The position numbers and the translations under genes were made by a program. The notes below the pieces were generated by a model. The model made no database searches. It was not told the DNA's origin and saw nothing but the letters and a program-made list of their open reading frames with translations. This document shows positions 10,735-20,688 of a stretch of 56,047 nucleotides of DNA, in pieces; position 1 is the first letter of the stretch, and every line of letters starts with the position of its first letter. The stretch covers positions 1 to 56,047 of the forward strand of contig JBEAYY010000002.1 of NCBI GenBank assembly GCA_041170365.1, given 5' to 3'. This DNA is from Actinomycetota bacterium (GTDB lineage: Bacteria > Actinomycetota > Actinomycetes > S36-B12 > UBA5976).

Positions 10735-12073
10735 AGGTCTCTCTTCTAATTATTTCTTTTACTTCACCTTTATAAATTCCAACTACGGCTGGTCTTAAAA
10801 CTAAGTTGTATTGCGAAGACATAGATCTGTTATATGCACCAGTTGCTGCAACTGCAATTAAATCTCCTGGCGCTAGATCATTTGGCAAGTAACAATCTTT
10901 AACGACGATATCGCCACTTTCACAATGTTTTCCCACAATTCTTGAAAGCATTGTTGGTTTAATTGAAAGTCTTGAAACTAATGCAGTTGTGTAATTTGCT
11001 CCATATAGTGCAGTTCTGATGTTGTCACTCATTCCACCATCAACTGCTACATAAGTTCTTTTTTCTCCACTTTCTAGTGCAATTTCTTTTATGGTTCCAA
11101 CTTTATATAAAGTGATCATGGCTGGACCAACAATTGCACGACCTGGTTCAAAAGCTAATTGCGGCATTTTTAAACCATCATTTGAAAAATTATTAAAAAC
11201 AATTTGAACTAATTCTTTAGCCATATGTTCAATTTCTAAAGGTTTGTCACTATTTATATAGGCAATTCCCATGCCACCACCAAGATTTAACATTTCTATT
11301 TCTACTTTGTGGTCTTGATAAATTCTGCCTGCTAATTGAGCTAGCCTTTGTGCCGCTATTTCAAAACCCTTATTATCAAATATTTGTGAACCAATATGTG
11401 AGTGAAGTCCAACAAAATTTAAATTCTCTTCTTTGATAACTCTTCTTACTGCCTCATCGGCATCTCCTGCAGCTAAGGAAAATCCAAATTTTTGATCTTC
11501 ATGGGCAGTAGCCACAAATTCATGAGTGTGGGCTTCAATTCCTGCAGTCACTCTTACTAAAACATTTGCTTTTTTATTTTTGCTTTTTGCAATTTGAGAA
11601 AGTCGAGCAATTTCTAAATATGAGTCCACAACAAATAAACCCACATTTTCATCCATTGCAAATTCAAGTTCATTAAATGCCTTGTTGTTGCCGTGAAAAA
11701 TAATGTCAGATGATTTACAACCTGCTTTTAAGGCAACTCTTAATTCCCCTTCAGTTGCTACATCAACTCCCAGACCTTCTTTGATAATAAGTTTTAAAAA
11801 GCCAACAGCAGAAAAAGCTTTGGAGGCATAATAAATTTTTGTTGGTTTAGTTAGATTTTTATGAGTTTCTTTCGAAAAACTTTTTTCATATCTCTTTGCT
11901 CTTAAAATTGCATCTTCTTCATCAAGGATAAAAAGTGGAGTTTCAAACTTTTGCTCAAGTTCAATTACATCAAGTCCTGCTACTTCTAAAATTCCTTCAC
12001 TATTTCTTGTAGCATTTTTAGGCCAAATGTGAGTAGAGATTTCATTAATGTCCAAGGCTTTGGAATCTGACAT
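10700..12073 (-). CDS. lysA: diaminopimelate decarboxylase
   Basis: YASKA (PLP lysine), HGNNK, HSHIGSQ, EPGR and GKHCESGD motifs. Likely start ATG 12073; the ORF track starts at 12145, inside a hairpin. Confidence 0.96.
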   Translation of the reverse strand: MSDSKALDINEISTHIWPKNATRNSEGILEVAGLDVIELEQKFETPLFILDEEDAILRAKRYEKSFSKETHKNLTKPTKIYYASKAFSAVGFLKLIIKEGLGVDVATEGELRVALKAGCKSSDIIFHGNNKAFNELEFAMDENVGLFVVDSYLEIARLSQIAKSKNKKANVLVRVTAGIEAHTHEFVATAHEDQKFGFSLAAGDADEAVRRVIKEENLNFVGLHSHIGSQIFDNKGFEIAAQRLAQLAGRIYQDHKVEIEMLNLGGGMGIAYINSDKPLEIEHMAKELVQIVFNNFSNDGLKMPQLAFEPGRAIVGPAMITLYKVGTIKEIALESGEKRTYVAVDGGMSDNIRTALYGANYTTALVSRLSIKPTMLSRIVGKHCESGDIVVKDCYLPNDLAPGDLIAVAATGAYNRSMSSQYNLVLRPAVVGIYKGEVKEIIRRETFKDLFATDPLM

Positions 12074-12093
12074 TTTGGTCCTAAAAAATAGTT

Positions 12094-12148
12094 TGGGTGG
12101 GAAATCTCTTATGTTCAAGATTAACCGAACACAAAGATTTCCCACCCA
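12094..12148 (-). terminator. strong stem-loop between the DUF3048 gene and lysA
   Basis: Perfect 14-bp stem TGGGTGGGAAATCT/AGATTTCCCACCCA with inner TGTTC/GAACA, followed on the minus strand by AACTATTTTTT. Confidence 0.7.
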
Positions 12149-12170
12149 TAAAGGTAAGAAACTTCGTTAT

Positions 12171-13136
12171 TTATTTAAACGAATATTTTCCTTTGGAATC
12201 ATTTGGCACAAGTAGTACCCACACTTGTCCAATATCAAATGGAACAACTTCTCCATTCACAGTGAAAGATGTGCCAGCGCCTCCTGATGGTCTTGACCAT
12301 TGAGCGTCATAGCGTTGTCCATCACGCAAAATAAAAGCTTTTCCAGATCCAATGGTTTGAATCTTTGGTGTTCTTCCACCAAATTTGTCACCTTGGCCAG
12401 ATGCTGTTTGAGTCACTAATTGCACAACAACAGTTTTAGCTACAACTGCTTTTCCAGTTGCTCTATCTTTTTGTGGTGAATTATCCAAAGCAATTGCCCA
12501 ACCATCACCATTCCATTTGCCACTAACACTTGATGCTGGCCAAGAAGCTTTGAAAGTTGAAGTAGCTTTTCCACCTGCAGGTGCTGTTTCAGAAAAAACC
12601 AAACCGATATCTTTTGCCGCACCTAATTTTGATTTAGCAGCTTTAACTGTTGCAGATAAATTCAAAATTAGATTGTGTGGAATACGTTTTGAAGAATCTC
12701 TTGAATATCTTGCTCCATTTAAACTCGGACCAAATCTAACTAGAGGTTCTTTTGCAATTTTTGGAAGCAATGCTTTGTTTGCACCAGAATAAGCAAAACC
12801 TGGTTTATCAAATTGTTTTAAAATTTCTAAATCAGAAATACGTGCTGATCTAACTGGACCAACTTTTGTTGGAAAGTTTGAGTTATACATAGCAGCAATT
12901 CTGGTTAAGCCACCTTCAACTTGTTCTACGTAAACTAAATCTGCTTTTGAAATATTTACGTGAGGTCTTGCAGGTCTAACGTTGTCAATTTTTACCATGA
13001 CAACTGGATTTCCTGCTCCACCTGGTAATCCAGAAAGTGGACTTGCTCCATCATTTGCCATTGATGCTGTTGCACCAAGTGAAACTGTTAAAGCAATTGA
13101 GATTGCACTTGCGAAAAGGGTTCTAAGTTTTGTCAT
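12171..13136 (-). CDS. secreted DUF3048 (YerB-like) domain protein
   Basis: Signal peptide (ASMA), VKIDN...ARP, ADLVYVEQVEGGLTR, GPVRSAR and GQVWVLLVP motifs. Confidence 0.85.
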   Translation of the reverse strand: MTKLRTLFASAISIALTVSLGATASMANDGASPLSGLPGGAGNPVVMVKIDNVRPARPHVNISKADLVYVEQVEGGLTRIAAMYNSNFPTKVGPVRSARISDLEILKQFDKPGFAYSGANKALLPKIAKEPLVRFGPSLNGARYSRDSSKRIPHNLILNLSATVKAAKSKLGAAKDIGLVFSETAPAGGKATSTFKASWPASSVSGKWNGDGWAIALDNSPQKDRATGKAVVAKTVVVQLVTQTASGQGDKFGGRTPKIQTIGSGKAFILRDGQRYDAQWSRPSGGAGTSFTVNGEVVPFDIGQVWVLLVPNDSKGKYSFK

Positions 13137-13189
13137 AAATTAGACCCTAAACCACCTTGTTTAATTTGGGAACTAGGACTCTCTATTTA

Positions 13190-14848
13190 TTACATTCTTT
13201 GTGGGGAACTTACCCCTAATAATTCCAATCCATTTGCTAAAACCTGCCTGGTGGCATCACACAACATCAAGCGGGCAAAAGTTTCATCAGTAGGTGATTC
13301 ATCAACTTGAGGAAGTACTCGACATGCTGCATAGAAAGAGTGATAAAAAGTTGCAAGCTCCTCCAAGTATCTTGCAACCCTGTGAGGTTGACGAAGTTGT
13401 GCCGAGGTTGTGACAATTCTTGGAAATTCACTTAATGCTGTTAATAAATCTGTTTCTTGACTTGTGTTTAAAACTTCTGGTTTGAAGTTGTTTTTAAGCC
13501 AATCAATATTTTTTTCTTTCGCAGTTTTTAAGACAGAACTTATACGCGCATGGGCATATTGAACATAAAAAACAGGATTGTCATTTGTGTGTGAAGTTAA
13601 TAAATCAATTTCTAAAGTTAGAGGAGTATCAACTGGATACCTAATTAGTGAATATCTGGCTGCATCTACTCCGACTTCTTCAACTAAATCTTCTAGAGTG
13701 ATCATGTTTCCAGCACGTTTACTTAGTCTTACCTCCTGACCATTCTTAAACATCTTTACTAATTGCCCGATTAAAACTTCAATATTTTTATCAGGATCAT
13801 CCCCCGCACAAGCTGCTACTGCTCGAAGACGATTTACATATCCATGATGATCTGCACCTAATAAATAGATATTTACGTCATATCCTCTACTTCTTTTATC
13901 TACGTAATAAGCAGTATCTGAAGCAAAATATGTGTATTCACCATCTGCTTTTATTAAGACACGATCTTTATCATCAAAGAAATCTGTAGTTCTAAGCCAC
14001 AAAGCTCCATCTTTTTCAAAAACATGACCATGCTGTTTAAGTTTTTCTAAACCTTTTTCTACAGCATTTGAATCATGAAGAGATCTTTCCGAATACCAAA
14101 CATCAAAATGAGTTCTAAAGTTATCTAACACATCTTGTTGCTGTTTTAATTGTTTTTTATATCCTGCTTCTCGAAAAGAAACTATTTGCTCGTGTTTGCT
14201 TTGTTTTAAATATTCAGGATGTTCTTTTACGATTTCTAAAGCTATGTCTTTGACATAATTTCCGTGATAGCCATCTTCTGGAATCGCTAAATTATTTGCT
14301 GCAGAATAAAGAGATTCACCAAATTTATCTAATTGAATTCCGCGATCATTAATATAAAATTCTCTAACTACTTTTGCCCCACTTGCCTGTAATACTCGAG
14401 CGATTGCATCACCGACTGCTGCCCAACGGGTGTGACCTAAATGAAGTGGTCCTGTTGGATTTGCGCTAATAAATTCCACGTTTATGGTTTGATTTTTCAA
14501 ATTATCAGTTTTACCAAAATCATTTGCTTTTTCAATAATCACTCGAGCAAGTTCACCTAAACTTGCTGTATCTAGTGTGAAATTTAAAAATCCAGGACCT
14601 GCAATTTCTATTTGTTTAATACTTTTTTCATTTTTTAATTCTTCAATTAGTAATTGAGCAACGTCCCTAGGATTTTTTCCAACAGGCTTACTCAAAGCTA
14701 GCGCAATATTGCTTGCAAAATCTCCATGGTCTTTACTCTTAGGTCTTTCTATTTTTATTTCAGGTATTTCAATTGGATCTAACTTTTGGGCAGAGATAAG
14801 AGAATTAACCGCATTTTTAATTAAGTTACTTAGCTCTTCTGGAGTCAT
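13190..14848 (-). CDS. argS: arginine--tRNA ligase
   Basis: SANPTGPLHLGH (HIGH), GADHHGY, LSKRAG and YVQYAHAR motifs. Confidence 0.98.
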   Translation of the reverse strand: MTPEELSNLIKNAVNSLISAQKLDPIEIPEIKIERPKSKDHGDFASNIALALSKPVGKNPRDVAQLLIEELKNEKSIKQIEIAGPGFLNFTLDTASLGELARVIIEKANDFGKTDNLKNQTINVEFISANPTGPLHLGHTRWAAVGDAIARVLQASGAKVVREFYINDRGIQLDKFGESLYSAANNLAIPEDGYHGNYVKDIALEIVKEHPEYLKQSKHEQIVSFREAGYKKQLKQQQDVLDNFRTHFDVWYSERSLHDSNAVEKGLEKLKQHGHVFEKDGALWLRTTDFFDDKDRVLIKADGEYTYFASDTAYYVDKRSRGYDVNIYLLGADHHGYVNRLRAVAACAGDDPDKNIEVLIGQLVKMFKNGQEVRLSKRAGNMITLEDLVEEVGVDAARYSLIRYPVDTPLTLEIDLLTSHTNDNPVFYVQYAHARISSVLKTAKEKNIDWLKNNFKPEVLNTSQETDLLTALSEFPRIVTTSAQLRQPHRVARYLEELATFYHSFYAACRVLPQVDESPTDETFARLMLCDATRQVLANGLELLGVSSPQRM

Positions 14849-14905
14849 GTTCTAATCGTAGGCAGTTGCTAGTGAATAAATTGTTTGCGCCATACTCTTA
14901 TTTAT

Positions 14906-15175
14906 ATGTGGAAAATCGCATTTAAGAAAAAATGGTTACTTTTTCATATTGCAACCATTGTTGGAATACTTTTTTGTCTAAGACTTGGTGTTTGGCAGTG
15001 GATCAGACGAGAAAGAGTTGACCAAGTAACTGGTGAAACCGTGATTAACTTGCAAAGTACTTTTTATGCTTTCCAATGGATTTTCTTCGCAGTTGCCTTG
15101 GCTTGGTTTTGGTATAGATTCTTTAAGGATGAATATTTAGTTAGTATTGGACAATTAAAGAAAGGCAGTAAGTAA
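14906..15175 (+). CDS. small two-TM membrane protein (conserved actinobacterial partner of DUF3817)
   Basis: LGVWQWIR...LQSTFYAFQWIFF pattern. ATG 14906 preferred over TTG 14885. Abuts the next gene with no gap. Confidence 0.75.
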   Translation: MWKIAFKKKWLLFHIATIVGILFCLRLGVWQWIRRERVDQVTGETVINLQSTFYAFQWIFFAVALAWFWYRFFKDEYLVSIGQLKKGSK

Positions 15176-15466
15176 ATGGACAAGGCGCTCAAAAGATATA
15201 GCTTTGTTGCCTATCTTGCTGGTGTCATTCTTATTTTGTTTACTGTTGAAATAATTGTTAAATACACTCTTGGACCAGAAATTCCTTGGTTTGCTCAATT
15301 ACATGGCATTGTTTACATGGTTTATTTAGTTGTAGGTTTTGATATTTCTAGAAAAGCAAATTTAACTTGGGGACAAACCTTACTTGTTTTATTAGCAGGA
15401 ACTGTTCCCATCATGAGTTTTGTTGCTGAAAAAAGAATTCGACGGCGGGTATTAAACCTAAATTAA
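15176..15466 (+). CDS. DUF3817 membrane protein
   Basis: LKRYSFVAYLAG, HGIVYMVY and LLAGTVPIMSFVAE motifs. Confidence 0.85.
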   Translation: MDKALKRYSFVAYLAGVILILFTVEIIVKYTLGPEIPWFAQLHGIVYMVYLVVGFDISRKANLTWGQTLLVLLAGTVPIMSFVAEKRIRRRVLNLN

Positions 15467-15478
15467 ATATTTAGGTTT
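15454..15478. terminator. AT-rich inverted repeat between the DUF3817 gene and the tRNA
   Basis: AAACCTAAAT-TAAAT-ATTTAGGTTT; weak because AT-rich. Confidence 0.35.
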
Positions 15479-15485
15479 TAAATTT

Positions 15486-15557
15486 GCCCCCGTAGCTCAG
15501 TGGATAGAGCGTTGCCCTCCGAAGGCATGCGCGCGTGTTCGACTCACGCCGGGGGCG
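15486..15557 (+). tRNA. tRNA-Arg(CCG), no encoded CCA
   Basis: Acceptor GCCCCCG/CGGGGGC, D arm GCTC/GAGC, anticodon loop CT-CCG-AA, T arm GCGTG-TTCGACT-CACGC; 72 nt. Confidence 0.95.
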
Positions 15558-15559
15558 CT

Positions 15560-16183
15560 TTAAAAAATAATTGGCAACAAATCTTCTAAATGTTCTAAAT
15601 GATGATCAGCCATTGCTAATTCGTGTTTTTGGTGAGAAGTTAAAACAGCAGCAACTGTGCAGCCGGCAGCTTTTCCAGCAATTACACCAGCTGGAGCATC
15701 TTCTACTACAACACAATTACTTGGATTAATTCCTAATCTTTTTGCTCCAAGCAAAAAGGGATCTGGAAATGGTTTTCCTTTTTCAACATCATTAAAAGTT
15801 ACCGAGTTTTCTGGAAAAGGAATTCCAGCGGCTTTTACTCGAGAAAGTGCTAAAGGAATAGTGCAGGAAGTAACAATTGTCCAAGAAATATTATTTTCAT
15901 CTAATTTTTTAAGTAACTCAACAGCTCCATCGATTGCAATAACGCCTTTCGTGTCACTTGTTTCTAAATATTCAATTCTTTCTACCCATTTAATAATTTC
16001 TTTTTCTTCACGATCTGGCAGAAGTTGTCTTAAGGATTGTTCTGCAGGAATTCCATGTAGTCCTACCATTTTTTCTAAAGGGATTTGTGCTTCAGTTGCA
16101 AGCTGTATCCAGGCTCGTTCAACTGCAGGCTTGGAATTAACTAATGTTCCATCTAAATCAAAAAGAACTGCTTGAGATTTCAT
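15560..16183 (-). CDS. HAD-superfamily hydrolase (YfbT/HxpA-like sugar phosphatase)
   Basis: FDLDGTLVNS, VTS, GKPFPDPF and VVEDAPAG motifs. Confidence 0.9.
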   Translation of the reverse strand: MKSQAVLFDLDGTLVNSKPAVERAWIQLATEAQIPLEKMVGLHGIPAEQSLRQLLPDREEKEIIKWVERIEYLETSDTKGVIAIDGAVELLKKLDENNISWTIVTSCTIPLALSRVKAAGIPFPENSVTFNDVEKGKPFPDPFLLGAKRLGINPSNCVVVEDAPAGVIAGKAAGCTVAAVLTSHQKHELAMADHHLEHLEDLLPIIF

Positions 16184-16234
16184 TTTTTTATTCTAGTGAT
16201 TTATCTCTTAATGCACATGTTGCCTTAATCAAAT

Positions 16235-16894
16235 ATGCTTAGTAAATATATGTTACATAATTTAGTCTTTCCACAAGCTGCCCTTGATGGTCAATTAAAT
16301 AATTGGCTTGATGTTTTTGGGCCATTTATTTTTTATATTGTGGTCTGGGGTTTAGTTTTTGTAGGAACTGGTTTTTTTGTTGGCGCTTTCGTTCCCTTTG
16401 TCACAGGTGATTCACTTCTTTTTGCAGCAGGAATTGTGGCTGCAAGTTCTAAAAATATAAATATTGCCATTTTGGTTACTGGCGTGGGCATTGCTGCATT
16501 TTTAGGTGATCAAGTTGGATTTGTTTTAGGAAGACATTATGGAAGACCTTATTTAGATAAACGTGGTGGAGCAAGAACCCAAAAAGCGATTAAGAAAACT
16601 GAAAACTTTTATCAAAAATATGGCTGGTGGGCAGTTGTCGTTGCAAGATATATGCCTTGGGCAAGAGTCATAATTCCTGCAGTGGCAGGTATAGGGCGTA
16701 TGAATTATTACAAATTTCTCTCCAGCAATTTCGTGGGAGCAATCAGTTGGGGTGTAGGCATAACTTTGACAGGTTTTTATGCCGCAACAATTCCAGCGGT
16801 AAGAAACGCAGCCTATGGCATTGCTGCATTCTTTATTATTGGATCTCTTGTGGCAGGTTTTAGAACTTGGTATTTAGATAGAAAAAGTTCCTAA
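16235..16894 (+). CDS. DedA family membrane protein
   Basis: GDSLLFAAG, LGDQVGF and ARYMPWAR motifs. Confidence 0.9.
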   Translation: MLSKYMLHNLVFPQAALDGQLNNWLDVFGPFIFYIVVWGLVFVGTGFFVGAFVPFVTGDSLLFAAGIVAASSKNINIAILVTGVGIAAFLGDQVGFVLGRHYGRPYLDKRGGARTQKAIKKTENFYQKYGWWAVVVARYMPWARVIIPAVAGIGRMNYYKFLSSNFVGAISWGVGITLTGFYAATIPAVRNAAYGIAAFFIIGSLVAGFRTWYLDRKSS

Positions 16895-16896
16895 AT

Positions 16897-17517
16897 ATGA
16901 ATGGATGGATTCTTGCTTCAGGAGGCAATGAATTTAGTAGTGAATATAAAGAAGCAGATTTAAAAGCTTTAAGTTTTAGAAAAAATCTAGATTCTGAAAT
17001 TTTAGTAGTGGTAACTGCACCTTATCCAACTCAAGATTTAGCTTATGAAACTGCAAAAAAATATTTTGCTTCAATTGGAATAAAAACTAAAAAAAGTAAT
17101 ATTTTAAGTCACGAAGATTTAAATCAGGCAAATATTAAAGAATTAGAAACCGCGCAAAGTATTTATTTTGCGGGAGGAACTCCCAGTAGATTAACTAAAG
17201 CATTTATAAAAACGAGTGCTGAAGATGCATTGAGAAAAGCGATTGAAAATGGGGCTATTGTCATGGGATCAAGTGCTGGAGCGATGCTTTTTGGAAAAAA
17301 TGTAGTTATGCCAGGTGGGCAAGATTTAGGTCCTGGTTTGAATTTATTGAAAGACCAAATTGTGCTCGCCCACTTTTCTGGAACTTGGCCATCTTGGATT
17401 AAGAGTTATCGCGAGCAAGGATTTGGATTCCTGGGGCTTTCTGAAGGCAGTTCTGTTTTAACTTCTGTCACAAATAAAACAGAGAGTCTAGAATTTGGAA
17501 AAGTTTTTAGTCTGTAA
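16897..17517 (+). CDS. peptidase S51 family protein (cyanophycinase/peptidase E-like)
   Basis: GGNE, IYFAGG, nucleophile elbow GSSAGAM and GLNLL...VLAHF. Confidence 0.8.
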   Translation: MNGWILASGGNEFSSEYKEADLKALSFRKNLDSEILVVVTAPYPTQDLAYETAKKYFASIGIKTKKSNILSHEDLNQANIKELETAQSIYFAGGTPSRLTKAFIKTSAEDALRKAIENGAIVMGSSAGAMLFGKNVVMPGGQDLGPGLNLLKDQIVLAHFSGTWPSWIKSYREQGFGFLGLSEGSSVLTSVTNKTESLEFGKVFSL

Positions 17518-17529
17518 CAAATTTTTAAC
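17514..17529 (+). promoter_or_regulatory. GlnR/MtrA-type box candidate upstream of the purine permease
   Basis: GTAAC-N6-TTAAC (AC-N9-AC). Confidence 0.4.
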
Positions 17530-17553
17530 AAATACCTAAGAGTGTCCTAGGTC

Positions 17554-17618
17554 CAAAGTGTCCAGTGTTCTGGAATCCTTTGCCTTATTACTTGATGCGC
17601 AAGTAATACAGGGGAGGA
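17554..17618 (+). promoter_or_regulatory. structured 5' leader with SD-sequestering hairpin (candidate cis-regulatory RNA)
   Basis: Stem CAAAG/CTTTG with inner TCCAG/CTGGA is mutually exclusive with a stem pairing 17576-17594 to 17600-17618, which buries GGAGG. Confidence 0.45.
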
Positions 17619-17629
17619 AAAAAACACTA

Positions 17630-19069
17630 GTGGCAACATTAGCGGGTTATTTCAAAATAAAGCAAAGAAAATCCACAGTTGGGCAAGAAATTCGTGGAGG
17701 TCTTGTGACCTTCTTGACTATGGCCTACATTGTGGTGCTTAATCCACTCATTCTTGGATTTACTCAAGATGTGAATGGAAAGTTCTTAGGTGGAGGAGAT
17801 GCACCTAATCTTCCAGCAATTGCAGCTGCAACTGCTTTAGTCGCTGGAATTTTAACCATATTGATGGGTGCTGTTGCTAATTTCCCACTTGCTCTTGCAA
17901 CTGGGTTAGGTATCAACGCATTCGTGGCAAGGCTTGCAGCAAATTACATGCCATGGGAACAAGTAATGGGATTAGTGGTGCTCGAAGGCATCATCATCAC
18001 CGTTTTAGTTCTTACTGGTTTTCGTATTGCTGTATTTAAAGCAGTACCAACTCAATTAAAACTAGCAATCTCTGTTGGTATTGGTTTGTTCATCGCGCTT
18101 ATTGGCTTGGTGGATGCAGGATTTGTGCGCAGAACTCAATCTGGTCCAGTACCAGTTGAATTAGGTGCCGGAGGCAATCTCGTTGGTTGGCCAGTTGTGG
18201 TCTTTATCTTTGGTCTGATCTTGATTGCAATCTTGTACTCCACAAAAACAAAAGGTGCAATTTTAATTGGAGTAATTGCTGCAACAGTGTTGGCAGTAAT
18301 TCTTGAATCCGTATTTAAAATTGGACCTTTATTTACCGCTCCAGACAAAGTAAATCCAAGTGGATGGAACTTAAACGTTCCGGCAATTCCAAGTTCTATT
18401 ATTGCCACACCTGACTTTAGTTTGTTAGGACGTTTTGATTTATTTGGTGGATTTGCAACTGCAGGATTTATAACCGCAGCATTGCTAGTTTTCACTCTGT
18501 TAATTACTGACTTCTTTGACACCATGGGCACAATGACTGCTATTGGTGCAGAAGCTGGATTAACAGATAGAAACGGCAATGTTGAAGGTGCAGATCGAAT
18601 CTTGTTAGTGGATTCAATTGCAGCAATGGCAGGTGGTGCAAGCAGTATTTCTTCAAATACTTCTTACATTGAATCTGCATCAGGTGTTGGAGAAGGTGCA
18701 AAAACTGGTTTAGCAAGTGTTGTTACTGGTATTGCATTTTTGTTAACAACTTTCCTTTCACCACTTGTTGCTTTGGTTCCTTACGAAGCTGCAACTCCAG
18801 CATTATTAATTGTTGGATTCTTGATGATGACACAAATCAAAGATATTGATTGGAGCGATATCACTATTGCTCTTCCAGCATTTTTGACAATTATCTTGAT
18901 GCCATTTACTTACTCAATTGCTGTAGGTATTGGTGCAGGATTTGTGACACATGTGTTGCTAAAACTTGCGACTGGCAAATCAAAACAGATTCACCCATTG
19001 CTATGGGCTTCTGCAATTGCCTTCGTAATTTATTTCGCATCTTACCCACTAAACAACTGGCTATCCTAA
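17630..19069 (+). CDS. NCS2/AzgA-family purine (guanine/hypoxanthine/adenine) permease
   Basis: EIRGGLVTFLTMAYIVVLNP, DFFDTMGT, YIESASG and MPFTYSI motifs. Start GTG 17630 after GGGGAGG; the ORF track starts at 17558. Confidence 0.93.
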   Translation: MATLAGYFKIKQRKSTVGQEIRGGLVTFLTMAYIVVLNPLILGFTQDVNGKFLGGGDAPNLPAIAAATALVAGILTILMGAVANFPLALATGLGINAFVARLAANYMPWEQVMGLVVLEGIIITVLVLTGFRIAVFKAVPTQLKLAISVGIGLFIALIGLVDAGFVRRTQSGPVPVELGAGGNLVGWPVVVFIFGLILIAILYSTKTKGAILIGVIAATVLAVILESVFKIGPLFTAPDKVNPSGWNLNVPAIPSSIIATPDFSLLGRFDLFGGFATAGFITAALLVFTLLITDFFDTMGTMTAIGAEAGLTDRNGNVEGADRILLVDSIAAMAGGASSISSNTSYIESASGVGEGAKTGLASVVTGIAFLLTTFLSPLVALVPYEAATPALLIVGFLMMTQIKDIDWSDITIALPAFLTIILMPFTYSIAVGIGAGFVTHVLLKLATGKSKQIHPLLWASAIAFVIYFASYPLNNWLS

Positions 19070-19092
19070 AAGTCGTTATTTACCTAGGGTAA

Positions 19093-19128
19093 AAATTAAG
19101 GGCCAGAAGAAATTCTGGCCCTTAATTT
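19093..19128. terminator. bidirectional intrinsic terminator between the NCS2 permease and guaB1
   Basis: Perfect 16-bp stem AAATTAAGGGCCAGAA-GAAA-TTCTGGCCCTTAATTT flanked by A- and T-rich tracts. Confidence 0.9.
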
Positions 19129-19139
19129 ATTTTAAACTT

Positions 19140-20609
<1,470 letters not shown>

Positions 20610-20688
20610 TCAGAACCAAGACACTTGCTCTAGTGGAATTGGCAAGACTTCTGATGGAAATAACTCATATAAGTAGTAGCGTGACTGT

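Noticed and set aside
9715-14905. Lysine riboswitch, T-box or thr leader peptide for lysA, argS or hom
   Set aside because: The intergenic spaces are too short and lack the consensus elements.
15486-17517. tRNA-Arg as the integration site of a genomic island
   Set aside because: No integrase, I saw no duplicated tRNA 3' end, and the downstream genes are ordinary with no obvious compositional shift.
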